From contig OY969921.1 of assembly GCA_963704555.1 (NCBI GenBank), forward strand, positions 2,805,600-2,869,599: DNA of 64,000 bases, given 5' to 3'. Each line of letters opens with the position of its first letter. Positions within the stretch are counted from its first letter, which is position 1. This document shows, in pieces, positions 17,326-24,833 of the stretch. Source of the DNA: an uncultured Solirubrobacterales bacterium. Its GTDB lineage: Bacteria; Actinomycetota; Thermoleophilia; Solirubrobacterales; Solirubrobacteraceae. The position numbers and the translations under genes were made by a program. A model generated the notes under the pieces. That model made no database searches and was not told the origin of the DNA. It saw only the letters and a list, made by a program, of their open reading frames with translations.

Positions 17326-17371
17326 TGCGCCCGGCGGGAATCGAACCGCAACCTTCGGATTATGAGTCCGT
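17326..17371 (-). other. 3' fragment of a tRNA-Met (CAT) gene, decayed; possible att-site remnant
   Basis: Minus strand reads ACGGACTCATAATCCGAAGGTTGCGGTTCGATTCCCGCCGGGCGCA. That gives an anticodon stem-loop with CTCATAA, a T-loop TTCGATT and an acceptor 3' strand. The T-stem lacks one G relative to GCGGG/CCCGC. No D-arm or 5' acceptor exists because a CDS stop abuts at 17372. Confidence 0.55.
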
Positions 17372-17686
17372 TCAGCCGCCCAGTGGCGACGGCGGTATCC
17401 GCGTCTGACCCCGCACCTCCGGGATGCTCAGCGCCACCTCGTCCACAAAGCACCACGACCATGTCTCGCCCGGCTCCAGCGAGTGCATCAACGGATGGGC
17501 GCTCGACCGGTAGTGCGCCGTGGCGTGGCGGTTGGGCGAGCTGTCGCAACAGCCGACGTGACCGCACTCCAGGCAGATGCGCAAGTGCAGCCAAACGCCG
17601 CCCATTCGCAGGCAGTCCGCGCAGCCGTCGACCGACTCGGGCAGCTGGGTTATCTGGATCTGATCCAGGTGTGTACAGGCGGGCAT
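17372..17686 (-). CDS. UBP-type zinc-finger protein
   Basis: 104-aa ORF with Cys/His spacing CTHL..C..C......WLHLRICLECGHVGCCDSSPNRHATAHY, typical of zf-UBP. Confidence 0.75.
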   Translation of the reverse strand: MPACTHLDQIQITQLPESVDGCADCLRMGGVWLHLRICLECGHVGCCDSSPNRHATAHYRSSAHPLMHSLEPGETWSWCFVDEVALSIPEVRGQTRIPPSPLGG

Positions 17687-17688
17687 TG

Positions 17689-17827
17689 GATCCTCCGATC
17701 AGGTCTTTGGGTACTAGTTGCCATCGAATCCTTCGATCGGCTCTTGGGTGCTAGTTGCTATCGAATCCTTCGATCAGGTTTTGGGTGCTAGTTGACGAAT
17801 CCCCGATTCAAGCTTTTTGGGTGAAGG
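17689..17827. repeat. ~37-nt tandem repeat x3.6, each unit carrying the palindrome ATCGAAtccTTCGAT
   Basis: Units start at 17689, 17725, 17762 and 17796 (CGAATCCTTCGATC(A/G)G.T.TTGGGTGCTAGTTGC.AT). They fill the gap between the kinase stop (17808) and the zf-UBP start (17686). Confidence 0.85.
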
Positions 17828-19268
17828 GCAGCCGCACACGGAAGACCGTACGGCCGGGTTTGCTGTCAAGCGTGAGCGAGCCGTCGTGGCGCTCGACCAC
17901 GATCCGTCGCGCGGTGGCAAGGCCCAGGCCCGTGCCCTGCCCTACGTCCTTGGTCGTGAAGAACGGGTCGAAGATGCGCCCGGCCAGATCCTCGGGGATG
18001 CCGGGACCGTCGTCGGCGATCTCGACAACCGCGCACTCGCCGTCGGCACGCGTCGTGATCGTGATCGTGCCCTGCTCTCCCAATGCGTCGATCGCGTTGT
18101 CGAGCAGGTTCGTCCACACCTGGTTGAGCTCGGAGCCGCGCACCGTGAGCTTGGGCAGCGTGCGCTCGTAGTCGCGCACGAGCGCGATTGTGGTGTGCTT
18201 GAGCTTGTAGCTGAGCACCGTGAGCGTGGTCTCCAAGCCCTCGTGCAGGTCGACCTCCACGAGCGCACCACGGTCCATGTAGGCGTAGGACTTCACGGCG
18301 CCAACCAACGAGGACATGCGCTCGGTGGACTCGCACAGCTCAGCCGACAGGCGGCCCGCGGTGAGCGAGGCCGCAACCCAGTGCAGCGCGGCGTCCACCG
18401 CCGGGCCCGCAAGTTGGGCCACACGCTCGAGCCACTGCCGGTCCACCCCGGCTGACGCCAGCGGCTCGGCAAGTCGCCACGGCTCCCCCACCCCCATCGC
18501 CTGCATCTGCTCCAGCAGTTCGTCCTCGGCGTCGGCGGCATCCAACGCATCGAGCGCCGACGCCGACGCCGCTTGCGAGATCGCCTGCTGTTGCAGTCCC
18601 AACAGAAGCGCTGCGTCCTCTCGCTCCACGCCCGCCTCGACGAACGAGGCCAAGGCGGAGTTGATCGCCTCGAGCGCCTCGGTCATCTGCGCGGCGGCGC
18701 GGCGAGCCGCGGCCGCGGGATTGTTGAGCTCGTGCGCGAGGCCGGCTGCCATCGTGCCCAGCGAGGTGAGTCGCTCGCTGTTCTGCTCGCGTTCGGTCAC
18801 CCTGCTCATCACCGGCGCGACCTGGCGCATCACGCGCTGGTGGATCTCCGGCTGGGCGAACGCGAGACGCTTGAAGTCCTCCGGGGCGACCGTTGCCATG
18901 CGACAGTCGGTCTCGGCCTGCATGCGCACCCCGAGCGTGCCGCCGGTCAGCACGGCGATCGCTCCCATCCAGGTCGGCGCCGTGTGATGACCGACCGGCT
19001 CGCTTCGACCCTGGGCGAGGATTAGCGCCTGCGCGCGGCCCTCGAGCAGCAGCTGCAAACCCGGTGGCTCCTCGCCCTGCTCGGCGATGATCCCACCCGG
19101 GTCGACGCGGCGAGTGCGTGCGAGCGCTACCCACTCGGCCAAATCCGTGTCACTGAGACCGTCGAACAGGTCGACACCGCGCAGCTCCTCCAGTGTGACC
19201 GGCGGCTCGCTCACCACGCACCCCGCCGCACCAGCCGTGCTGAACACCTCTCCGCAGAGACGGTCCAC
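17808..19268 (-). CDS. sensor histidine kinase with an N-terminal cyclic-nucleotide-binding-like domain
   Basis: 486-aa ORF. cNMP-like segment LFDGLSDTDLAEWVALARTRRVDPGGIIAEQGEEPPGLQLLLEG. H-box LGTMAAGLAHELNNPAAAA. HATPase boxes WTNLLDNAIDA, DDGPGIP and GQGTGLGLA. Confidence 0.85.
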   Translation of the reverse strand: MDRLCGEVFSTAGAAGCVVSEPPVTLEELRGVDLFDGLSDTDLAEWVALARTRRVDPGGIIAEQGEEPPGLQLLLEGRAQALILAQGRSEPVGHHTAPTWMGAIAVLTGGTLGVRMQAETDCRMATVAPEDFKRLAFAQPEIHQRVMRQVAPVMSRVTEREQNSERLTSLGTMAAGLAHELNNPAAAARRAAAQMTEALEAINSALASFVEAGVEREDAALLLGLQQQAISQAASASALDALDAADAEDELLEQMQAMGVGEPWRLAEPLASAGVDRQWLERVAQLAGPAVDAALHWVAASLTAGRLSAELCESTERMSSLVGAVKSYAYMDRGALVEVDLHEGLETTLTVLSYKLKHTTIALVRDYERTLPKLTVRGSELNQVWTNLLDNAIDALGEQGTITITTRADGECAVVEIADDGPGIPEDLAGRIFDPFFTTKDVGQGTGLGLATARRIVVERHDGSLTLDSKPGRTVFRVRLPFTQKA

Positions 19269-19326
19269 CGCATTGAGCCCGAGACGCGCTCACCGGTGCC
19301 GATGCACCCTGGCGCCGGGGCGAGCC

Positions 19327-21027
19327 TCATGCCTCGACCAGGTACTCGTGGATCAGCGAGACCGCCATCGAGCCCTCTCCCACCGCGCTTGCCACACGCT
19401 TGATCGAGCGCGCGCGCACATCGCCCGCGACGAACACACCCGGCACCGTGCTCTCCAGAACATAGGGCTCGCGCTGCAGTGACCAGCCGTTGGCTTGCGC
19501 GTCACGACCGGCCAGGATGAAGCCGCGCTCGTCGCGTGCGAGCACGCCATCCAGCCAGTCGGTGCGCGGAGACGCACCGATGAACACGAAGCACGCGTCG
19601 GCCTGGAGTGTCTCCTCACCGTCGGGGGTCTTGATCCGCAGGCACTTCAGCCGGCCGTCCTCGCTCTCGGCCGCGAGCGCCGAGCTGCCCGTGCGAACCT
19701 CAATGTTGGGCAGCGCCCCGATCTGCTCGATCAGGTAGTGCGACATCGACTTCTCAAGCGTTGAGCGGACGAGCATCGTCACCTTGGCCGCATAGCCACT
19801 GAAGTAGACAGCGGCCTGACCTGCTGAGTTGGCGCCGCCGATGACAACCACGTGCTGGTCCGAGCAACCGCGAGCCTCGGTCATAGCCGCGCCGTAGTAG
19901 ATGCCGGCGCCGGTCAGCTCGGGGAAACCCGGCGCGTCCAGCTGGCGGTAGGAGACTCCGGAAGCAACGATCACGCAGCTCGCGCTCAGCGTGCCACCAC
20001 CACTCAACTCCACCAGACGCGCCGAGCCCTCAGCGCGCAGGCTGACCGCCTCTTGGACGGTCAGCAACTCAGCGCCCAAGCGACGTGCTTGATCGGTTGC
20101 GCGCCTGGCAAGGTCTGAACCGCTCAAGCCCGCTGGAAAACCGAGGTAATTCTCGATGCGACTTGACTGGCCTGCCTGGCCGCCCGGCGCCTCGCGCTCG
20201 ACCATCACAGTCCTCAGGCCCTCGGAGGCGCCGTAGACCGCGGCGGCGAGACCAGCCGGGCCGCCGCCCACAACCACCAGGTCGTAGTGCTCCTGCGCAG
20301 GGGTACCGCTCACACCGAGGCGCTCTGCCAGCTCGAGGATCGTCGGACGCTCGAGCACCGTGCCGTCCTCCAGCAGGGCGACAGGCAGACGCTCGCTGTC
20401 GACGCCGGCAACCCGCAACAGCTCGCGTGCCTCGCCGTCACGCTCCACATCCAGCCAGCGTGCGGGCACTCGATTTCGCACGAGGAAGTCGCGCAGGTCG
20501 TGCGACTCGCGCGAGAAGCGGTGGCCCACTACGCGCACGCCGCCGGCCTCTAGGGCCGCCCCGGCCTCCCATGTGGTCAGCAGGTCTTCGACGACCGGGA
20601 ACAGCTGCTCCTCCGGGGGGTCCCATGGCTTGAGCAGGTAGTAGTCCAAGGCCACCTCGTTGATCGCCGCGATCGCCGCCTCGGTGTCGGCGTATGCGGT
20701 CAGCAGCACTCGCTTGGCGTCCGGCACCAGCTGCCGTGCGTGCACCAGGTACTCGGTGCCCGGCATCCCCGGCATGCGCTGGTCGGCGATCAGCATTGCG
20801 ACCTGATCGCCGCGTGTGCGCAGCTCGCGCAGGAGCTCCAATGCCTCCGGCCCCGAGCCGGCACGCAACACGCGGAAGCGCTCGCCAAAGCCACGGCGCA
20901 GGTCGCGGCTGACCGCCGCCAAGACCGCCGGCTCGTCGTCGACTACGACGATCGCGGGTCGGCGTGACCTGGGCTCGGTGTCGGTGGCTTGTGCAGAAAG
21001 CTCGGGTTGCTCTGACATGTCTCGCAT
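19327..21027 (-). CDS. response-regulator receiver fused to a thioredoxin-reductase-like flavoprotein domain
   Basis: 566-aa ORF. Receiver segments IVVVDDEPAVL, MLIADQRMPGM and YLLKPW. FAD/NAD(P)H dinucleotide motifs VVVGGGPAGLAAAVYG and VVVIGGANSAGQAAVY. The usual CxxC redox site appears to be absent. Confidence 0.85.
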   Translation of the reverse strand: MRDMSEQPELSAQATDTEPRSRRPAIVVVDDEPAVLAAVSRDLRRGFGERFRVLRAGSGPEALELLRELRTRGDQVAMLIADQRMPGMPGTEYLVHARQLVPDAKRVLLTAYADTEAAIAAINEVALDYYLLKPWDPPEEQLFPVVEDLLTTWEAGAALEAGGVRVVGHRFSRESHDLRDFLVRNRVPARWLDVERDGEARELLRVAGVDSERLPVALLEDGTVLERPTILELAERLGVSGTPAQEHYDLVVVGGGPAGLAAAVYGASEGLRTVMVEREAPGGQAGQSSRIENYLGFPAGLSGSDLARRATDQARRLGAELLTVQEAVSLRAEGSARLVELSGGGTLSASCVIVASGVSYRQLDAPGFPELTGAGIYYGAAMTEARGCSDQHVVVIGGANSAGQAAVYFSGYAAKVTMLVRSTLEKSMSHYLIEQIGALPNIEVRTGSSALAAESEDGRLKCLRIKTPDGEETLQADACFVFIGASPRTDWLDGVLARDERGFILAGRDAQANGWSLQREPYVLESTVPGVFVAGDVRARSIKRVASAVGEGSMAVSLIHEYLVEA

Positions 21028-21038
21028 GACAGTAGCTA

Positions 21039-21638
21039 TCAGTCGAGGAAGGTCGCTATGTCCTCTACCGGCGCGCGCTCAGGGGCGCGCTGGGCTTGCA
21101 CAGGATGGCCGAGGTGGAGCAGGCCGATGGCTTGCTCGACGGCCGCAATCCCCAGCCCGGCGCGGACTGACGCGTTCTCCAAAATCGGCAGCGTGCGCCA
21201 GTAGCCCGCCAGTCCTCGCGCATGCGCCGCAAGCAGAACGATGTACGCGGCGACCGCCGCCGCCAGCAGATCGTCGTGCTGTTGGGATTGGTCGCCTTGC
21301 AGCTCGACCCCGACGACGATCAGTGTGGGGGCACGCTCAAGCTTTCGCGCCGATCCAGGCTGCTCGAGCTCTGCCTCACGAGCGAGCAAAGCCCGTGCGT
21401 GCGGGCCAAGCACGCGGAAGCGCCACGGGTTGGTCAGGTGATGGTTGGGCGCCCAACGCGCGAGCTCGAATAGCTCCAGCAACGTCGCCCGGTCGACCGG
21501 CTCGGGACCGTAAGCCTTGTGGGTTCGGCGTGTCCGGATGAGGATCTCGAGGCTTTCCTCGTCGCGGGATCGGAGATCTGGGGCGCGAGCAGGCGAGAGT
21601 CTCTCCGCAGGCGTCTGTGCATCCGGCATAGCCGACAC
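21039..21638 (-). CDS. nitroreductase-family protein
   Basis: 199-aa ORF. ILIRTRRTHKAYGPEPVDRATLLELFELARWAPNHHLTNPWRFRVLG is typical of the family. Confidence 0.8.
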   Translation of the reverse strand: MSAMPDAQTPAERLSPARAPDLRSRDEESLEILIRTRRTHKAYGPEPVDRATLLELFELARWAPNHHLTNPWRFRVLGPHARALLAREAELEQPGSARKLERAPTLIVVGVELQGDQSQQHDDLLAAAVAAYIVLLAAHARGLAGYWRTLPILENASVRAGLGIAAVEQAIGLLHLGHPVQAQRAPERAPVEDIATFLD

Positions 21639-21660
21639 CGTAGCGTCCTACCATCTACAG

Positions 21661-23298
21661 ATGGTGACGAGATCCGCCCATCTGGATGCGGCGTCGACGA
21701 GGAATGACCGCAAGCGCATGCTGCTTGGTATGAGCCTGGGTCTGATCGTCGTGATCGCCGCGCTCCTCGGGGCGGCGCTGGCACTCTCCGGCGTGAGCTT
21801 GGCGAGCGACCCGACAGCGCTCGCGCGCGTATCTGTGCAGCCGTTGGGCGGGACGATTGAGCACGTCGAAGCGTTCGGGCCCGACGGTCAGAGAGTGCCG
21901 CTTGCGGTACAGGGCGGGCGCTTGACTCCGCTCAAGCGGCTGACTCCAGGCGAGCAAGTATCCGTCGAGGTTCAGGTGCACCGACCAGGATGGCTCGGCT
22001 GGGCCTTGGGCCACGACCGCACCGAGCGGCTGACGCTGCAAGCTCCCATCGCGCATGTGAGCGAGCAGTGGATGACCGTTCCCGCGGGCTCGGCGGTGCA
22101 CGTCAGCTTCAGCCAGCCAGTGAGCGCCGTCGCTTACGGCAGCAGCGGCCGTCTGACTCACCGCGCAACGCTCCACGATCCGCGCAGCTCGGTCTCGCTC
22201 GGATCCCAGCCGGCGACCGGCAGCACCGAAATCGCCGCGGCCGCGCGTTCCTGGGAGACGGTTGGCAAGCCGATGCAGGTGAGCTGGTTCCCGAAGTCGC
22301 ACACAACCGTGATGGCGACGATCCCGGCCTCGGGTGAACCGATCTCTCCTTACACTCCGATACGCCTGACGTTCTCAAAGACGGTGGACGAAGCGCTCGG
22401 GTCGAGTCACCCGACGCTCTCACCGAGCACGCCAGGGCACTGGCGCGAAACCGACAGTCACACTTTGGTGTTCAGGCCGTCGGGGTTCGGGGCGCCGCTG
22501 GGCTCGCAGCTGCGCGTCCAACTTCCGCGCGAGGTCGCGGTGACGCCGGGCAGCGGCTCCACGCTGCACACCACCAGCCAAGTCGAATGGACCGTGCCTG
22601 CGGGTTCGACGTTGCGCCTCCAACAACTGCTCGCGGAACAGGGCTACCTACCGGTCGATTGGCAACCCTCTAACGCACCGGTGGCGCGCACGCCCGGCGC
22701 CGAGGCACAGGCCGCGGTCGAACCCCCAAGCGGGAGCTTCGACTGGCGCTATTCCGACACGCCACACCAGCTACAGGCGATGTGGGCTCCGGGCCAGACG
22801 AACAACATCGAGCGTGGCGCGATCATGAAGTTCGAGAGCACCCACGAAATCACCGTCGACGGCCTTGCCGGGCCGGGCGTCTGGCGTGCGTTGCTCAGCG
22901 ATGCGATCGCCGGCAAGCGTTTGAGCAGCGGCTACACCTATGTGTACGTACACCGCGAGGTCCCAGAGGTGCTGACGCTGTGGCACGACGGGCACACGGT
23001 GCTCACCTCGGCCGCCAACACGGGGATCAGCGGAGCGGAAACCGAACTCGGGACTTTCCCGGTGTTCGAGCACATTCCCGAAGGCACGATGAGCGGCACC
23101 AACCCCGACGGCTCCCACTACGAAGACCCCGGTATCAAGTGGATCAGCTACTTCAACGGCGGCGACGCGATCCACAACTTCGACCGCGCGTCCTTCGGCA
23201 CGCCGCAGAGCCTCGGCTGTGTAGAGCTGCCGCTGCAGTCCGCGGCGGAAGTGTGGCCCTACACGCCGATCGGCACGCTAGTCACGATCGAAACGTAG
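21661..23298 (+). CDS. L,D-transpeptidase (YkuD-family) with a membrane anchor
   Basis: ORF 21517-23298. Preferred start is ATG 21661 (MVTRSAHLD), followed by the TM segment LLGMSLGLIVVIAALLGAALAL. Catalytic motif HNFDRASFGTPQSLGCVELP near the C-terminus. Confidence 0.85.
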   Translation: MVTRSAHLDAASTRNDRKRMLLGMSLGLIVVIAALLGAALALSGVSLASDPTALARVSVQPLGGTIEHVEAFGPDGQRVPLAVQGGRLTPLKRLTPGEQVSVEVQVHRPGWLGWALGHDRTERLTLQAPIAHVSEQWMTVPAGSAVHVSFSQPVSAVAYGSSGRLTHRATLHDPRSSVSLGSQPATGSTEIAAAARSWETVGKPMQVSWFPKSHTTVMATIPASGEPISPYTPIRLTFSKTVDEALGSSHPTLSPSTPGHWRETDSHTLVFRPSGFGAPLGSQLRVQLPREVAVTPGSGSTLHTTSQVEWTVPAGSTLRLQQLLAEQGYLPVDWQPSNAPVARTPGAEAQAAVEPPSGSFDWRYSDTPHQLQAMWAPGQTNNIERGAIMKFESTHEITVDGLAGPGVWRALLSDAIAGKRLSSGYTYVYVHREVPEVLTLWHDGHTVLTSAANTGISGAETELGTFPVFEHIPEGTMSGTNPDGSHYEDPGIKWISYFNGGDAIHNFDRASFGTPQSLGCVELPLQSAAEVWPYTPIGTLVTIET

Positions 23299-23372
23299 AG
23301 CGTCTTTCCGATGAGCTGTGCGCCGGAAATGAGCTGCGCCGGCGGTGTTCGTGGATCGTGAAAGCTGGTGTA

Positions 23373-23470
23373 TGGATCATTTCTTGAATAGATCCACTTA
23401 ACACCCCCCTTTTGCGAACCTTAGATAAAAGGTTAGGTACCTCTCCCAGCTCCACGTAAAGGGGGTGTTG
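23373..23470. other. AT-rich multi-hairpin element between convergent genes (terminator or small RNA candidate)
   Basis: Three hairpins: GGATC(12 nt)GATCC at 23374-23395; long stem ACACCCCC(C)TTT / AAAGGGGGTGT at 23401-23413 / 23458-23468; and, enclosed by the long stem, AACCTT(6 nt)AAGGTT at 23417-23434. Confidence 0.5.
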
Positions 23471-23546
23471 AACGTGGCGGCGGTCGTCATTTCGCTCGAA
23501 TGCGCCTTCTAGCGTGTCGATCTAACGCGTGCCGCTCAGACGCGCC

Positions 23547-23927
23547 CTAGCTCGCCGCCGCCGCTTGGACCTCTGGCGGGAAGTCTGACATCTCAAAGAC
23601 CTGGCGAACCTCGATCGTGTCGCCCTCGGCCGCCGGACAGCGCGAGGCCCACTCGACCGCCTCCTGCTTTGATTTGGCCTGGATCAGCCAGTAGCCGCCG
23701 ATCAGCTCCTTGGCCTCGGTGAACGGGCCGTCGGTTACGTTCGCCTTGCCGCCGGAGAAAGACACGCGGGCACCCTTGCCCGGCGGGTGCAAGCCGTCGA
23801 GGCTGAGCAGGATCCCGGCTTTGGCCAGCTCCTCGTTGTAGCGGCTCATCACCGAGACGGCCTCAGCGCTCGGACTCCAGTCGACTTCGTCGGGGATATT
23901 GGGAATCATGATCATCATGAAGCGCAT
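23547..23927 (-). CDS. YciI/DGPF-family protein (orphan copy)
   Basis: 126-aa ORF. MRFMMIMIP... and NVTDGPFTEAKELIGGYWLIQAKSKQEAVEWASRCP closely parallel the copies at 2704-3066 and 45289-45705. Confidence 0.8.
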   Translation of the reverse strand: MRFMMIMIPNIPDEVDWSPSAEAVSVMSRYNEELAKAGILLSLDGLHPPGKGARVSFSGGKANVTDGPFTEAKELIGGYWLIQAKSKQEAVEWASRCPAAEGDTIEVRQVFEMSDFPPEVQAAAAS

Positions 23928-24146
23928 CGTCGTTGCTCCTCTGTAGGGGGTTACGCCTCGGCGCGGACCGTTCTCGACAGCTTCGCACCTTGGCTCTACC
24001 TATACGTCGAACGAGCAGCGCCCGAATCGACACGACTCTCGCCGGAGATCGAGCTCGACCGCGGAGCTCGACTCGAACACCCCAGCTCCACATCAAGGGG
24101 TATCGATACGTGCAGGTCATTTTGAAGACCTTCTTAGCGCGAAGAC

Positions 24147-24392
24147 TTGGTCACGATCGTCGCCTCAAAGGCCGGCGCCGCCGAGCACCCCGCTTGGTTT
24201 CACAATCTCCGTGCCCACCCCGACGTCAGCTTCGGCGGCATCCCGATGCGAGCAACCGTGGTCAGCGACGAGTCCGAGCGGCAACGGATCTGGAAGCTGG
24301 CCGACCGTGTCTTTGCGCCCTACGCCGTCTACCGTCGCGAAGCAGCGGCGGCAAACCGGACGATCCCGATCGTCCAGCTCGCCGCGTGCTAG
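24147..24392 (+). pseudogene. C-terminal fragment of a deazaflavin (F420)-dependent nitroreductase-family gene
   Basis: 81 aa, VTIVASKAGAAEHPAWFHNLRAHPDV...RTIPIVQLAAC, matches the C-terminal two-thirds of the family. An in-frame TAG lies 9 nt upstream and no N-terminal part is found nearby. Confidence 0.5.
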
Positions 24393-24458
24393 TTGCTCGC
24401 GCGCCATGGGAGCAGGCAACAGGTATGGTCTGCTGACGCTATCTGTTGGAGGTTCACG

Positions 24459-24656
24459 TTGCTATACGTCGGGCTGGGCATCATTTACCTGTTCCTGCTG
24501 TTCTTTCTTGGATTCAGGACGTTCCAGAACCGTCACTGGGCCCTGCTGATCCTCGGATTCGTAATCCCATTCCTTTGGATCGCGGGCGCGATGCTGCCAC
24601 CAAAGGGCATGTCCCACATGGACGAGCTATACGCGCAGCGCGACGAGACCGACTGA
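24459..24656 (+). CDS. small two-TM membrane protein (65 aa)
   Basis: TTG 24459 is preceded by GGAGG 6 nt upstream. Two hydrophobic helices, LYVGLGIIYLFLLFFLGF and WALLILGFVIPFLWIAGAML. Confidence 0.55.
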   Translation: MLYVGLGIIYLFLLFFLGFRTFQNRHWALLILGFVIPFLWIAGAMLPPKGMSHMDELYAQRDETD

Positions 24657-24833
24657 GCGCACGTCACCGCCTGTGCGGCAAGCGCCGGAGCCTGACGCTC
24701 TCGCTCCCGAGCTACCTCGGCGCCGACGTGAGCATCGCCGCCCAAGGCGCCCGCATACCCCAGAGGGTGGCGTTAACAACACCGGCCGAGCGCCCCATGC
24801 TAGAGGCGCCCGGCCCTGTCCGGCTACCTCAGA

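Noticed and set aside
17689-17827. Possible CRISPR array (also considered for the repeats at 3160-3279, 30550-30647 and 38077-38216)
   Set aside because: In the three tandem repeats the units abut directly without unique spacers, their periods (15, 32 and 37 nt) do not fit a repeat-spacer architecture, and one lies inside a CDS. The 38077-38216 palindromes have no repeated unit at all. No cas genes are in the window.
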